Notes: generated from the sequence alone by a model not told the origin. A DNA stretch of 64,000 nucleotides from an uncultured virus (IMG/VR IMGVR_UViG_3300029258_003428) (IMGVR_UViG_3300029258_003428); one strand, 5' to 3'; positions 1 through 10,718 are shown, counted from the first letter of the stretch. A program made the numbers and translations.

Positions 1-441
1 ATGCTTTACGTCAGAGAGTTTGGATCACGAAAAGAGTTGGAGCTTTTCATCCAGGACAAAATCTTGGGAGGGAAGGTCTTTCCGGCCCTGGGGGACAACA
101 TCAACGTCAGAGCCAAGACCTTGACGTTCACCACGCCCCTGGTAACCATCACCTTCCCCGATACCTCAGCGTTCGAGACGGCGACTCCGGCGGAGATCCA
201 GGCGGAGGCGGACAGCCAATCTTCAGGACGACTCTCGTTGGTGAAGGCTCCGGCCGGGCCTGCCGGGAACTTCCTTTTTGCGCTGCTCACCGATGGCAAC
301 GTCTTCACCGGAGGAACGGCGGCGGCCGTCCTTGGGCTTGCCGCGGGAACAGTCGGGGCAAATAAGCTCGCAGTGGCCGATGTGGTCAACGTCTACTACG
401 TGGAGAAGTCCGCGCAGTACGGCATCGTCTACGACGCGTAG
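1..441 (+). CDS. hypothetical virion-module protein (146 aa)
   Basis: ORF at window edge, co-directional with and directly upstream of the structural genes; no motif recognised. Confidence 0.6.
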   Translation: MLYVREFGSRKELELFIQDKILGGKVFPALGDNINVRAKTLTFTTPLVTITFPDTSAFETATPAEIQAEADSQSSGRLSLVKAPAGPAGNFLFALLTDGNVFTGGTAAAVLGLAAGTVGANKLAVADVVNVYYVEKSAQYGIVYDA

Positions 442-455
442 GAGGACCAAATCCC

Positions 456-2546
456 ATGGACAAGCTCTCAAGATACCTCAGCGCCGAAGAGACCCACGAT
501 ATCCCGTGGGCGAAAGCCTCGGCGTTCTTTCTCACCATCAAAGAGCAGACCAAGGAGGCCGAGTCGCCGTCCCGATCTCTGACGCCTGAACAGAGAGCGC
601 GCATCAATCGCGCCGCATTCGCTCAGGACGCACAGCAGGCAAAGTACAAAGGGCTGATGTCTGGTATCCGCTCGTCTGCAGCCGCGGACGTGCGAGAGGC
701 GGAGAAGACCAAGCGGCAACGCGGGAAGCGTGTTGGCGGTGAGGTCGGGACCGTCGGCGGGGCCGCCGCGGGGTACATGGCTGGCCGCAAGGCTGGCATC
801 GCCGGTAAGATCGGTGGAACGGCCATTGGGGCGCTGATGGGCCGCGGCTTGGGGAAGACGGTAGGGGAGGAGATCGATCGGAAGCGGACGATCAAAAAGT
901 ACAACAAAGAATCGGCGAGCCCAGGCACCAACAAAAAGGCTGAGATGGAGAAGTGGACCACCAAAACCGCCTCCATCTCTCGCGTCCGGGAAATGTGGAA
1001 GCTGGCCGATGGGATTCCCGAGGGCGAGGCCCTTCCTGGCGGCGCGGACAACGAGCCTGTCGTTGTCGAACCTGAAGTGGCGAGTGAGGCCAAGCCCAGC
1101 ACGATGGCCGAGGAGAAGATGACGCCCGACGTGCTGGAGCGACAACGCGCCGAGCAGCTCCTGGCCGAAGAAGCCATGGCAGATCAAATGTCCGAGGTGA
1201 ACGAGGCCGAGTACTACCGCCAGGTCGCTCAGGAGGCGATGCAGGGTCTGGAAGAGATGCAGGCGATGTTGCAGCAGACGCAGGCTGCGGCCGAACAAGC
1301 GGGACAGCAGGCGCAGATGTCCCAGATGCAGGCAGATCAAGCTGTGCAGCAGGCGACGCAGCAGAGCCAAGATCAGGCCATGCAGAACCAGCAGCTCACC
1401 GCGCAGTTGGAGGCACAGTCACAGGAGCTCGCTGGCAGTAAGCAGGCGATCATGCAGATGCGGCAGGCCATGCAGAACTACCGCGAGCATCTACAGGACT
1501 TGGCGCTGCAAGATCCAACGGCCGCTGCTGGTCCGTCTCCAGAGGAGCAGGGGATGATGGAGCAGGAAGCCGCAGCGCGGGAGGAGGCCCAGGCCGCAGA
1601 GGCAGGTGCCGGAGCCCCAATGAGCGGCGAGTCCGCCAAGCAGGTGGAGGAAGCGCAGCAGGCACAGGAGGAGGCTGGTAAGCAGACGGCTCAGGCTGAG
1701 CGGGCTACGGCTAAAGACCAGGCCAAGCAGGAGGCGAAGGACGCGGGTGTGACGGTGAACGTCGGCGGTCAAACCAAGACGGCCTTTTCCAGGGAGGATG
1801 CGTTACTCGCCGTAGTGCTTCATGATCTGAGGCGTGGGAAGGCGATCGGAGCAACGAAAGCCCAACAAAAAAGGGAGTACCGCCAGCTCAAAAAGAGGGG
1901 GAAGGTCATAAGTGGGCCGGGGAGACCGGCAGTGGTGGCCCTGAGACAAAAGACGGCGGCCGACAAATCCACGAAGCGGAATGCAGCCATCGCAGCTGGA
2001 ATCGCCGGGACGGCGATCGGAGGCGGGCTCTTGCTGCGGAAGGCCGCGAAGAGCGGAAAGCTGAGAGAGCTTATCGCGCGGACCACCAACAGGGCCAAGA
2101 AGACCGGAGATGTTCACCAGAGCAACATGAAGAAGTTGGAGGAGCTGACCGATCGTACCGGGAAGGTGAGAGACGAGCTCAAGGACCTCAACGCCTGGAT
2201 GAGCAAGCAGGCCGATTGGTCCTCGCGTGCCGTCGGAGCAGGCATCGGAGCCGCCGGGGCCGCCGGGCTGCAGAGCGCATCCGACAGAGTGGGTCCGAAA
2301 GGGATCTCAGAGAAGGAGCGCATCCTGCGCGCCAAGCTCCGCCACTACCAGCAGAAAAAGGACAAGGGGGCTCTGGACAAGTACAAGGTCGTGATGACCA
2401 GAGCGCTGGCCGACACGGCAAAGATCAACCGTGAAGATCCACGCGCGGCCGCGGTGATAGCGGCGCTGGGTGGTGCGACAGCGGGAGCAGCTGCAGCTCC
2501 TGCGGTGGCTCGTCTAGGCAAGCGCATTCTAAGGAGAGGGAGATGA
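456..2546 (+). CDS. putative internal head/virion protein with Gln/Ala coiled coil and Gly-zipper helices
   Basis: AGGAGG RBS; long Q/A/E coiled coil; GxxxG-rich segments; recurrent K-x-A motifs (TKEA, KESA, KTAS, WKLA, TKTA, QKTA, SKQA). Confidence 0.6.
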   Translation: MDKLSRYLSAEETHDIPWAKASAFFLTIKEQTKEAESPSRSLTPEQRARINRAAFAQDAQQAKYKGLMSGIRSSAAADVREAEKTKRQRGKRVGGEVGTVGGAAAGYMAGRKAGIAGKIGGTAIGALMGRGLGKTVGEEIDRKRTIKKYNKESASPGTNKKAEMEKWTTKTASISRVREMWKLADGIPEGEALPGGADNEPVVVEPEVASEAKPSTMAEEKMTPDVLERQRAEQLLAEEAMADQMSEVNEAEYYRQVAQEAMQGLEEMQAMLQQTQAAAEQAGQQAQMSQMQADQAVQQATQQSQDQAMQNQQLTAQLEAQSQELAGSKQAIMQMRQAMQNYREHLQDLALQDPTAAAGPSPEEQGMMEQEAAAREEAQAAEAGAGAPMSGESAKQVEEAQQAQEEAGKQTAQAERATAKDQAKQEAKDAGVTVNVGGQTKTAFSREDALLAVVLHDLRRGKAIGATKAQQKREYRQLKKRGKVISGPGRPAVVALRQKTAADKSTKRNAAIAAGIAGTAIGGGLLLRKAAKSGKLRELIARTTNRAKKTGDVHQSNMKKLEELTDRTGKVRDELKDLNAWMSKQADWSSRAVGAGIGAAGAAGLQSASDRVGPKGISEKERILRAKLRHYQQKKDKGALDKYKVVMTRALADTAKINREDPRAAAVIAALGGATAGAAAAPAVARLGKRILRRGR

Positions 2547-3529
2547 ATCTCGATCAGTGGCTGAAGGAAGTCTACGATGAAGAGAACGTATCCAAGGAAG
2601 CATCTGGTCTGGAGGCGATGCTAGACCAGATGAGCCTGGGAGATCTGCGCGACCTATCACTTGGCCGCACAACGCTCGAGAAGGTGGCGGCGAAGATGAC
2701 GCAGACGAAGCGTGAGGCGTTGCCGTCTAAGTCGTTCGCCGTGCCTCAGAGCAAAGCGAAGAAGATAGGGGTGGCGGGGGAGATCAAGGGAGAGGCCAAG
2801 GGGAAGTACCCCATCCCGGACGTGAAGCATGCCCGCAACGCACTGGCCCGAGTTTCGCAGTTCGGCAGTCCAGCTGAGCGGGAAGCGGTGAGGAGCAAGG
2901 TCTACGGCAAGTTCCCGCATCTCAAGGCAGGATTCGAGCAGCGTCACGGGGAGAGCCCAACCTCGAAGGGGAACATCAAGAAGGTGGAGCAGGGCGGCAT
3001 CGGCAAGTCTGCTGGCATGATGCGCCCGGACCAGCCGCGAGCCAAAGATCTGGTCAGCGGGCGCGGCCCGGAGGCCAGGGCAGCCAGGATGGCCATTCGC
3101 GAGAAGCTGCGTGAGGGGTGCCCGGTTGGTGAGGAGATCGACAAGCAGCTTGGTATCAAGAAGGCCGCCTCGGCCCAGTTCGAGTTCATGGACAAGGTCG
3201 CCAGGCATCTGGCCCACGTCCACACGGAGGAGGCGGAGAAGCTAGCGGTGGGGGGACGCGTGGGTAAGTTTCTGACGAAGCACAAGAAGGTTGGTTTGGG
3301 GGCCGTGGCCACAGCTCCCATCGCCTACATGGCGGGCGTGGCCAGCGGATACAAGCAGGGCAAGGGTATGGAGAAGCGCGACGAGTTCACCTCCCCGGAA
3401 GCGCAGGCCAAGGCCAAAGTGATGAGCCGCGCGCTCAAGTCCACGAAGGGTGCTCCGCCGAACGTTCGCAAGGGCGCGGTCAAGGTCGTGGCCAAGGAGA
3501 TGCGGAAAGCCGCAGCAGCCTTGAGGTAG
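2543..3529 (+). CDS. virion-associated protein with DUF6582-like domain
   Basis: Motif REALPSKSFAVP...KYPIPDVKHARNALARVSQFG resembles the phage DUF6582-type family; ATGA overlap with the upstream gene. Confidence 0.55.
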   Translation: MNLDQWLKEVYDEENVSKEASGLEAMLDQMSLGDLRDLSLGRTTLEKVAAKMTQTKREALPSKSFAVPQSKAKKIGVAGEIKGEAKGKYPIPDVKHARNALARVSQFGSPAEREAVRSKVYGKFPHLKAGFEQRHGESPTSKGNIKKVEQGGIGKSAGMMRPDQPRAKDLVSGRGPEARAARMAIREKLREGCPVGEEIDKQLGIKKAASAQFEFMDKVARHLAHVHTEEAEKLAVGGRVGKFLTKHKKVGLGAVATAPIAYMAGVASGYKQGKGMEKRDEFTSPEAQAKAKVMSRALKSTKGAPPNVRKGAVKVVAKEMRKAAAALR

Positions 3530-4432
3530 ATGCTCAACGTCGAGTTCCAGAACCTCCTCGTCCGGTCCTTCACATTGGACTGGCTCGAGCTAAGCTGGGA
3601 GATCAAGAACACCACCCTCGATCCCCACGACTTCGATTGGTCCGTCGAGCGTAGTGAGTCTCCGCTCGGGCCGTGGGACCCACTCACGGACGCCTTCCAA
3701 GACCGGTACCAGTTCATAGATAACCGCGTGAACCTGGAGCACCGCTGGCGTCAGTTGTACTACCGCCTCAAGAGCGTCAGGAAGAACGACGCGACCGATG
3801 TGGTCTACTCGGACGCCGCCACGCTCGCCGCAGATCCCGATTTGATCGCTCAGGAGATCCGCTTACTTGAGCAGACGGTCTTCAAGGAGTTCATCGGACG
3901 GACCTGCTGGTTGTTTCCCGTCCGCACCTTCGGTCAGTACTGTCCACATTGCATGGACGTGGGTAAGGGCGGGACGTATCGAAAGATCAGATCGAACTGC
4001 TTGACGTGTTATGACACGAAGTACGCTCGGGGCTACATGGACCCGATGGAACTGAGTGTTCAATTCGATCCTTCACCGAAGGCTCAGCAGGCTTTGGGGA
4101 CCGGCGAGACGCAACAGTCGAATACCACAGCCAGAATGAGTTACTTCCCATTGGTGAAGCCAGGCGATATAATCGTAGAGCCTGAGAACAGGCGGTGGAG
4201 GGTGGTAAAGGTCTCCTCCACCGAGCGACTGAGAGCGAAGGTCCACCATGAGATGACCCTACATGAGATCTCCAAGGGCGATATCGAGTTCGCGATGGAG
4301 ATCGACGTAGGAGAGCTCAGGAACCTCGCACCCAGCCCGGAACGCAACTTCTCCAACCCCCAAAACCTGGAAGCCTTCGAGGACGAGGCGATAGCAGCGA
4401 CGTTGGTGGCTTATGGATACGACAACGAGTAG
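3530..4432 (+). CDS. putative neck/head-closure protein with Zn-binding Cys motifs
   Basis: CPHC...CLTC pairs, then a beta-rich KPGDIIVEPENRRWRVVKV segment; position upstream of tail completion and sheath genes. Confidence 0.55.
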   Translation: MLNVEFQNLLVRSFTLDWLELSWEIKNTTLDPHDFDWSVERSESPLGPWDPLTDAFQDRYQFIDNRVNLEHRWRQLYYRLKSVRKNDATDVVYSDAATLAADPDLIAQEIRLLEQTVFKEFIGRTCWLFPVRTFGQYCPHCMDVGKGGTYRKIRSNCLTCYDTKYARGYMDPMELSVQFDPSPKAQQALGTGETQQSNTTARMSYFPLVKPGDIIVEPENRRWRVVKVSSTERLRAKVHHEMTLHEISKGDIEFAMEIDVGELRNLAPSPERNFSNPQNLEAFEDEAIAATLVAYGYDNE

Positions 4433-4784
4433 GGCGTTCTACGACGAGCTGGAAAAGATTTCCTCTTCCTCTGGTGAAGATCTCCGAGACCCAAGCGGGG
4501 GGCGCGTTACCAAACAGAAGCTGAAGGGCCTGGTTCGTTATGGTGGGGCCGGAGCGCTGGGGGCTGGTGTTGGTTACGGCGTCGGCAAGACGGTGGGCGG
4601 CAAGCTGGAAGGCAGTCTCGTTCGCGGCGGGATGCAAATCGGCAAGGCCAGAGCGCTGAGATATGCGCTTCCCATACTGGCTGCTACTGGTGCAGGATTG
4701 GGGTTGGCCCGGATGAGTCTCAGCAACAAGATGAAGAGGAAGATCTTAGAGGATGAGCGTCGCGTCAGCAAGCGTACCCCCTAG
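4413..4784 (+). CDS. small virion protein with N-terminal DELEKIS motif and two Gly-rich hydrophobic helices
   Basis: AFYDELEKISS; YGGAGALGAGVGYGVG and ALPILAATGAGLGL segments. Confidence 0.55.
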   Translation: MDTTTSRAFYDELEKISSSSGEDLRDPSGGRVTKQKLKGLVRYGGAGALGAGVGYGVGKTVGGKLEGSLVRGGMQIGKARALRYALPILAATGAGLGLARMSLSNKMKRKILEDERRVSKRTP

Positions 4785-5532
4785 CACCGCTTACACTCCC
4801 AGCTGGGCGGAGAATCCCGTCCTGCAGCTGCGGAAGACGGTGCTCGGCTTCTTACAAGGTCTATTCGAAGAGGCTGAAGTTTCCTGCTTTCGCTGGCACG
4901 AGAGTTTGGAGGACACAGAAATCGTCATCACAGACGAGTTTCCGCTGAAGCTGGATGTCGTGGGTAAGCGCCCGGCCATCACGCTGGTCCGGGGCGCGAT
5001 GTCGTGGAACAAGACATCCATCGGGGAGATGCTCTCCCTGAACATGGCTAACGATCAAAAGAAGCGGTCCGATTTAGTCAGCGGGACTATCTCCATCAAC
5101 TGCTGTGCCCGCGATGATCTGGAGAGCGAGTACATTGCGCTGATCGTCGCGCGGCATCTGTGGATATTGGGCCCACTGCTTCAAAAAGGCACGCCGATCC
5201 ATGAGATCGGACGTGGGGTGCAACTCGGCTCGCCCAGTCCTGCCGGAGCGATCGTGGTGGGGGATACTGAGGAGGAGTGGATCAATACACCCGTCACGAC
5301 CCCTTATTTCATTCAGGAAACAAACTCCGTGCAGCCGCTAGGCCAGCAGCTGCTGCGGAGACTGTCGTTAAGACTTGGAGTTCGCGGAGGAGCCCAGGTT
5401 GGTAACACCCCCGTCAGATATCAGGCCAGGCAGACTGGTCTGCGACAGCCGACGATCAGGGGGAGACCTATTCGAAATGTCTCGTTCGAGCAAACGCTCG
5501 TGGTAACAGATGAGGAGAATCCAAATGGCTAA
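4753..5532 (+). CDS. putative tail completion/terminator protein
   Basis: About 260 aa directly upstream of the sheath; KRPAITLVRG and SGTISINCCAR segments fit this fold; mainly a synteny call. Confidence 0.45.
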   Translation: MSVASASVPPSTAYTPSWAENPVLQLRKTVLGFLQGLFEEAEVSCFRWHESLEDTEIVITDEFPLKLDVVGKRPAITLVRGAMSWNKTSIGEMLSLNMANDQKKRSDLVSGTISINCCARDDLESEYIALIVARHLWILGPLLQKGTPIHEIGRGVQLGSPSPAGAIVVGDTEEEWINTPVTTPYFIQETNSVQPLGQQLLRRLSLRLGVRGGAQVGNTPVRYQARQTGLRQPTIRGRPIRNVSFEQTLVVTDEENPNG

Positions 5533-8500
5533 CGAAGAACTCCTTCGCCCAGGAATGTCCGTAATCCAGCAGTTTCGGACGATCACCCCCACGATCGTTC
5601 AGCCGACGCTGGTTCCCTGTGTCGTGGGCCCGTGCTTCCAGGTCGTCGAGGCATTGGAGACCGACGCAACCGGCAACTCCGTGGTGAACACGGACGCCGT
5701 GCCTTCGGTTCCGCCCATCATCACCTCGATCTCGGCTGAGGACTACACCGGCCTGGACGGACTCACCCTGAAGGTCAGCGTGAACAACGGCCCCGAGCAG
5801 GAGGTCACCCTCTCCGACCCGACCGCGGCTGGTCTGACGGCAGATCAGGTCAAGAGCCAGATCTTGGCCACGAGCGGCATCAGCGGCTGGGCGGCATACA
5901 CCGTGACCCGTGGCTCGAGCACCTACCTGCAGCTCCGCGGGAACAACTCCGGTGACGGTCAGTCTCTTCAGATCTTGGATGGCACGGCAAACGCCCAGCT
6001 GGGGCTGCCGGACTTCTTCGAGGCGACTGGTTTCTCGTCCTACGCGCAGGACAAGCGGTTCATCGCGCAAGACAACTTCCCGGACCCGCGGGACAACATG
6101 GACGAGCTCGACATCGATGAGGACTCGATCAGAGTCTTCATCAACACCGGCTCGGCGCTGCAGGAGGTCAAGAGGGACGAAACCTTTCTACGCAACGGCT
6201 GGACCGCGTGGATCTTGGGCACGGCCATCTCGTTCCAGACTTCGAGCTTGAAGGACAAGGACCTCGAGGTAACGTTCGCGGTTGGTGGAACCGAGCAAAC
6301 CATCACCTTCGACGGCGACTACCAGGCTGTTGATGGAACGTTGGTCGTGCCGGCCGGCGTCTACGCCGACCCCGGCACCGACACCATCGACATCCAGAAG
6401 AACAGCGATACGGCCGTGACCGTGACTTTCGCCAGCCCGGCGGACATCGATGCAGCGGTAACAGCGATCAACGCGGCGTGGGCAGCGACCTATACCGGTG
6501 AGGACGTCTGCTACCGCGCCGACGCGGACGGATCGGCCAACCCAGCCGGCACCTACATTGCCTTCCAAGTTGGCGGCGCGACCGCGACCGGTGACTACGT
6601 GAAGGTCATCGAACCGGGCAGCGGCGACGCCTTCAGCGACATCGGCTTTACCTCCGCGCAAGGAGCGGTCGGTTCTTCGCTGGTCTACTTCATCAACACC
6701 ACCTTGAGCTCTCCGACTGACTACCCGGCGGCGGTTGACGGCGGCAGCGATAAGCTGAAGCTATACTCCTACGACGGGTACATCAAGGTGGGTGATGGGG
6801 ACGCCAACGCTACGCTCGGGCTGACCGATGACGAGGTGCAGTACGCGCTGGAGGGCGTGGATGATGGAGACGGGGACAGCACCTCACCGATCGTCAGAAT
6901 CCACAACGAGGACTTCACGCTCGATCCGACCAGTGCCTCGTTGACTGGGACCGGCGATCTGTCAGGCGACAACCAGGTCCACAAGCTGACCTTCCAGCTC
7001 GCCATCGATGGCGAGCCGATGCAGGAGGTCGAGTTCAACGGCGGGCCGATCGTCCCGGCCAACCCCTACGCAGACCCCGGCACCGACAGCTTGGGCCTGA
7101 TTGTGAACGGCACCCCGGTGGTGGTCACATTCGCCAGCCCGGCCGACATCGACGCTGCGGTGACTGCGATCAACACCGCCACCAGCCCCGTGGTCGTGGC
7201 CTACCGCTCTTTGAGCACGGGTGTAGCCGATGCAGCCGGAACCTACATCGCCTTCCAGGTGGGCGGCAGCACGGACGCTGGCGGTTCGATCATCATCGAC
7301 TACAGCGCCAGCACGGGCAACGCCTGGACGGATATCGGCTTTACCGGGACGTCTGACATCTACCAGACCCTCACCTCGGCCGAGATCGAGACCGCCATCG
7401 AGAACACGATGGGCACCGGGACGGCGGCCATCAGTTCTGACAACCTGGTGTTGAGCTCGGCCGAGACCGGGGTCGAGTCCAAGATCGAGATCGGCCAGGG
7501 GACGGCCAACACCTTGCTGGGCTTCACCTCCGGCTACGTCACCAACGGCCGGGGGTTCAAGCCCAAGGCCGGGGACTACCTGTACGCCGATGGCGAACTT
7601 CTGGGTATCATCGCTCAGGTCTCGCCAGGAGCGGTAGCTACGGACCTGCGGTTGGACAGAGAGCTGACCTACACCACACTGCTCAAGAAGAACTGGTACA
7701 TCCAGGCCAAGAACATCGCAGATCCACAGCCTGCCGATCGCCCCACTCCGGACTTGGTCGTGGACCTGGCGGGTGACATCACGATCAAGCACGACATCCT
7801 CCGCGACACCCGTGGGGACGCTGTGGAGCTGGCAAGCGATCAGCTGATCGTGGCCTACGATGCGCTGCGGCTGGATGTTACACCCAAGGCTGATAACCCC
7901 GCGCTGCTGACCTTCGAGGGGACGGACGAGCTCGAGACGTCACTCGAGCCATTGAACACGGACAACCCCCTGGGCCTGGGTCTGTTCTTCGCGCTGCTGA
8001 ATGCGCCAGGCGTGACGGTCAGCGGTATCGGTGTGAGTGCCACCAGCGCGGACTCGCCCAACGGAACACTAGCAGCCTACACCGAGGCGGCGACGTTCCT
8101 GGAGAGCCAGGAGGTCTACGCCATCGCTCCGCTGACGCACGATGGCGACATCCACTCGATGTGGCAGACCCACGTCAACAACATGTCCGACCCGGACGCC
8201 CGCGGAGAACGCATCGTCGTGATCAACCCGGAGATGCCAGACCGAAACCTGGACACTCTGGTGGCCAGCGGGACGGACGCGGACAGCACGGGCGTGACCA
8301 ACGAGCTTGATACCAAGCTGTCTAACCTGGCCGCGCTGTTGCTCGCCGCCGGAGTCGACCCCACCGGGACCATCGAGGTGGACGATGGAGTCTACCTGGA
8401 CATCGCCTCGGACTCCAGCAAGTACAGCATCTCAGCTGTGAGTGGGACCAAGATCACCATCCGGGTGACCTTCGCGCCTGGGGAAAACGACGACAGCTAC

Positions 8501-9235
8501 TACAGCTCGTCCAACCTTTCCTCCTCGCTGATCTCGGAGTCCTTCTCCATCAAGATCCGCGGCGCGGAGCTGCTGACCTCGGAGAACCTACCGGATTACG
8601 CGGCCATTGCCTCGACCTACGCCGACCTGGGCACCGCCTACGGCGATCGACGAGTGTACATGACCGCTCCGGATCAGGCCGGAGCCACCATCGATGGGCT
8701 CGAGCAGCTGATCGATGCGTTCTACGTGAACGCGGCCATCGCAGGCATGATCGGGCAGCAGCCTCCGCAGCAGGGATTCACCAACTTCCCGATCTCCGGG
8801 TTCACACGCATTGTAGGGTCGAACGACAAGTTCAGCGAGACCCAGATGAACGTGGGTGCGGGCGGCGGCACCTACTGGATCATCCAGGAGGTGGTCAACG
8901 GACCCCTGACGTGCCGTCACCAGTTGTCTACTGACACGAGCTCCATCGAGAAGCGGGAGCTGTCGATCACCAAGGTGGTGGACTACGTCGCGAAGTTCAT
9001 GCGGGCAGGCCTGCGTAACTTCATCGGCAAGTTCAACATCACCCAGGGCTTCCTGGACACCCTATCGACCGTCATCCAGGGGCAGTTGACCTTCTTGACG
9101 GAGAACGGAGTGATCATCGGTGGGGACCTGAACAACATCGTCCAGGACACCACTGAGCCTGACACGGTGCTGATCGATGTCACGTTGGATGTCCCCTATC
9201 CGTGCAACTACATCAGGCTCGTGTTGACCATTTGA
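5525..9235 (+). CDS. tail sheath protein (large, with inserted repeated domains)
   Basis: N-terminal LRPGMSVIQQF; C-terminal RELSITKVVDYVAKFMR...DTVLIDVTLDVPYPCNYIRLVLTI typical of contractile sheaths; GAGGAG RBS before ATG 5525. Confidence 0.85.
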   Translation: MANEELLRPGMSVIQQFRTITPTIVQPTLVPCVVGPCFQVVEALETDATGNSVVNTDAVPSVPPIITSISAEDYTGLDGLTLKVSVNNGPEQEVTLSDPTAAGLTADQVKSQILATSGISGWAAYTVTRGSSTYLQLRGNNSGDGQSLQILDGTANAQLGLPDFFEATGFSSYAQDKRFIAQDNFPDPRDNMDELDIDEDSIRVFINTGSALQEVKRDETFLRNGWTAWILGTAISFQTSSLKDKDLEVTFAVGGTEQTITFDGDYQAVDGTLVVPAGVYADPGTDTIDIQKNSDTAVTVTFASPADIDAAVTAINAAWAATYTGEDVCYRADADGSANPAGTYIAFQVGGATATGDYVKVIEPGSGDAFSDIGFTSAQGAVGSSLVYFINTTLSSPTDYPAAVDGGSDKLKLYSYDGYIKVGDGDANATLGLTDDEVQYALEGVDDGDGDSTSPIVRIHNEDFTLDPTSASLTGTGDLSGDNQVHKLTFQLAIDGEPMQEVEFNGGPIVPANPYADPGTDSLGLIVNGTPVVVTFASPADIDAAVTAINTATSPVVVAYRSLSTGVADAAGTYIAFQVGGSTDAGGSIIIDYSASTGNAWTDIGFTGTSDIYQTLTSAEIETAIENTMGTGTAAISSDNLVLSSAETGVESKIEIGQGTANTLLGFTSGYVTNGRGFKPKAGDYLYADGELLGIIAQVSPGAVATDLRLDRELTYTTLLKKNWYIQAKNIADPQPADRPTPDLVVDLAGDITIKHDILRDTRGDAVELASDQLIVAYDALRLDVTPKADNPALLTFEGTDELETSLEPLNTDNPLGLGLFFALLNAPGVTVSGIGVSATSADSPNGTLAAYTEAATFLESQEVYAIAPLTHDGDIHSMWQTHVNNMSDPDARGERIVVINPEMPDRNLDTLVASGTDADSTGVTNELDTKLSNLAALLLAAGVDPTGTIEVDDGVYLDIASDSSKYSISAVSGTKITIRVTFAPGENDDSYYSSSNLSSSLISESFSIKIRGAELLTSENLPDYAAIASTYADLGTAYGDRRVYMTAPDQAGATIDGLEQLIDAFYVNAAIAGMIGQQPPQQGFTNFPISGFTRIVGSNDKFSETQMNVGAGGGTYWIIQEVVNGPLTCRHQLSTDTSSIEKRELSITKVVDYVAKFMRAGLRNFIGKFNITQGFLDTLSTVIQGQLTFLTENGVIIGGDLNNIVQDTTEPDTVLIDVTLDVPYPCNYIRLVLTI
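6361..7345 (+). repeat. internal domain duplication in the sheath gene (about 6361-6650 and 7066-7345)
   Basis: YADPGTD...VTFASPADIDAAVTAIN...AGTYIAFQVGG occurs twice. Confidence 0.85.
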
Positions 9236-9242
9236 CGTGAGC

Positions 9243-9268
9243 AAAGAGGGCCACCCCTCTTTTTAGCT
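9243..9268 (+). terminator. hairpin + T tract + TTAGCT between sheath and tube genes
   Basis: AAAGAGGG-ccac-CCCTCTTT then TTAGCT. Confidence 0.65.
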
Positions 9269-9281
9269 AAGGAGCAGAGAC

Positions 9282-9992
9282 ATGACTCAGTTCAGCGAAT
9301 GGAGACCATACGAGCGCTACGTGCAGTCTGGGCTCGCAGATGGTCAGTTCCTGTCCGCGGCCTTCACCGTGCTGGCAGCGGGGCCTCCCAGGTTGGCCAA
9401 CGTCGGCGGGGCGACCGTCACGGCTGGTGCATTGGCGGGAGCGGGAGCGGACCAGATCGTGATGCCGATTGGCATCATGCAGAACCTCAACCTGTCCCAC
9501 AACCGGCAGTTCAGTCAGATCTTCGAGATCGGCTCGGAGCGAAGCTACTTCATCAGCGGCCGGACCATCGGCCAGCTGACGCTGGCGCGCGTGATGTATC
9601 ACGGACCCAGCCTCCTGCGGATGCTCTACGCCTACTACGAAGATCTCATCCCGCCGAACACGGTGAGCGCGGTCTTCGCCAATGCTGGCAGCGCCACCGT
9701 GGCCAACCCGCACGATGTCAAGATCCCACCCGGCTACGAGAACTTCTTTGTCAACTTGGCGAGTGATCTGTTCAACCAGCCCATCGGGATCTTGTTGTAC
9801 GTCCGGGATAGCAACGAGGACACAGTCGGGGCGGTCTACATGGAGAACTGCTATGTGCCGAACCACACCTGGGCCACGGACGCCCAGGGCGTGATGATCC
9901 AGGAAAACGCAGGCATGCAGTTCGAGCGGGCCGTGCCCGTCGCCGTCAGCGCCCTGAGCCTCATCACCGGCACCACCGGGGCCATCTTCTAG
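9282..9992 (+). CDS. tail tube protein
   Basis: Follows the sheath; PIGIMQNLNLSHNRQFSQIFEIGS...GQLTLARV and VYMENCYV...MIQENAGMQFE match tube-type beta strands; AAGGAG RBS. Confidence 0.75.
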   Translation: MTQFSEWRPYERYVQSGLADGQFLSAAFTVLAAGPPRLANVGGATVTAGALAGAGADQIVMPIGIMQNLNLSHNRQFSQIFEIGSERSYFISGRTIGQLTLARVMYHGPSLLRMLYAYYEDLIPPNTVSAVFANAGSATVANPHDVKIPPGYENFFVNLASDLFNQPIGILLYVRDSNEDTVGAVYMENCYVPNHTWATDAQGVMIQENAGMQFERAVPVAVSALSLITGTTGAIF

Positions 9993-10001
9993 GAGCCGCC
10001 A

Positions 10002-10649
10002 ATGAGGGGTCGACGCCTTGTGCCGGCTGGCGGAGAGCCGGCACACATCTTCGCCAAGGTAGCCCACGCCCGGGCCCACCATGAGACGTCCATCAGCGCC
10101 ATCAACTCGGTCATGCGGAAGCTAGCGCGGCAGCAGGCCGCATCAGCACCCGAGGCTCCGGAACCCCTGGGAGAGTACGCTGGGTACGCCCCAGGTGGCC
10201 AGTTTGAGGCGGAACCGACATCGGTAGTACCTTCGGTCCAGTCTCCGGAAAGTCCGCTCTCAGAGCCTCTCAGGCCGTCTCACGGCCTCGGTCGTGATGA
10301 CTTGCCGGTGCGGGCCGAGGCCCTGCTGGAAGGTCTCCACGAGGGGATGCTGGAGTCAGCGGAAGAGTCAGAAAAATCGGCTGTTTATAGACAACCAACT
10401 CCTCCGCCCCCTCTTAGACCTCGGGTGCTCCGGAAAAAGCCCATCAGCGCGGCGGCCAGAGCTGCCGCAGCACCCATTCGGGGAGTACTGAAGCGGCTGG
10501 TTCCTGGGGCCTTGTTAGCCTCGGCTGCTTATGGGCTCTACAAGGGAGTTCCGGCGGCGGCTAGGTTCGCCAAGCAGCAGGGGGCACGCCCGATGGCTTA
10601 CAACTATGGGCTCAGCCAGCACCCGTACGGGTACTCTTCGGAGGGATAG
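10002..10649 (+). CDS. hypothetical virion-module protein
   Basis: AGGAG RBS; last gene before a strong terminator; K-x-A motifs (AKVA, RKLA, EKSA). Confidence 0.55.
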   Translation: MRGRRLVPAGGEPAHIFAKVAHARAHHETSISAINSVMRKLARQQAASAPEAPEPLGEYAGYAPGGQFEAEPTSVVPSVQSPESPLSEPLRPSHGLGRDDLPVRAEALLEGLHEGMLESAEESEKSAVYRQPTPPPPLRPRVLRKKPISAAARAAAAPIRGVLKRLVPGALLASAAYGLYKGVPAAARFAKQQGARPMAYNYGLSQHPYGYSSEG

Positions 10650-10718
10650 TTTCCGGTTGCTTCTTACCTCGGTTACCTCCGCTCTCCGGCTTAGGCCGGC
10701 GTGGTAAAGAGGCACAGT

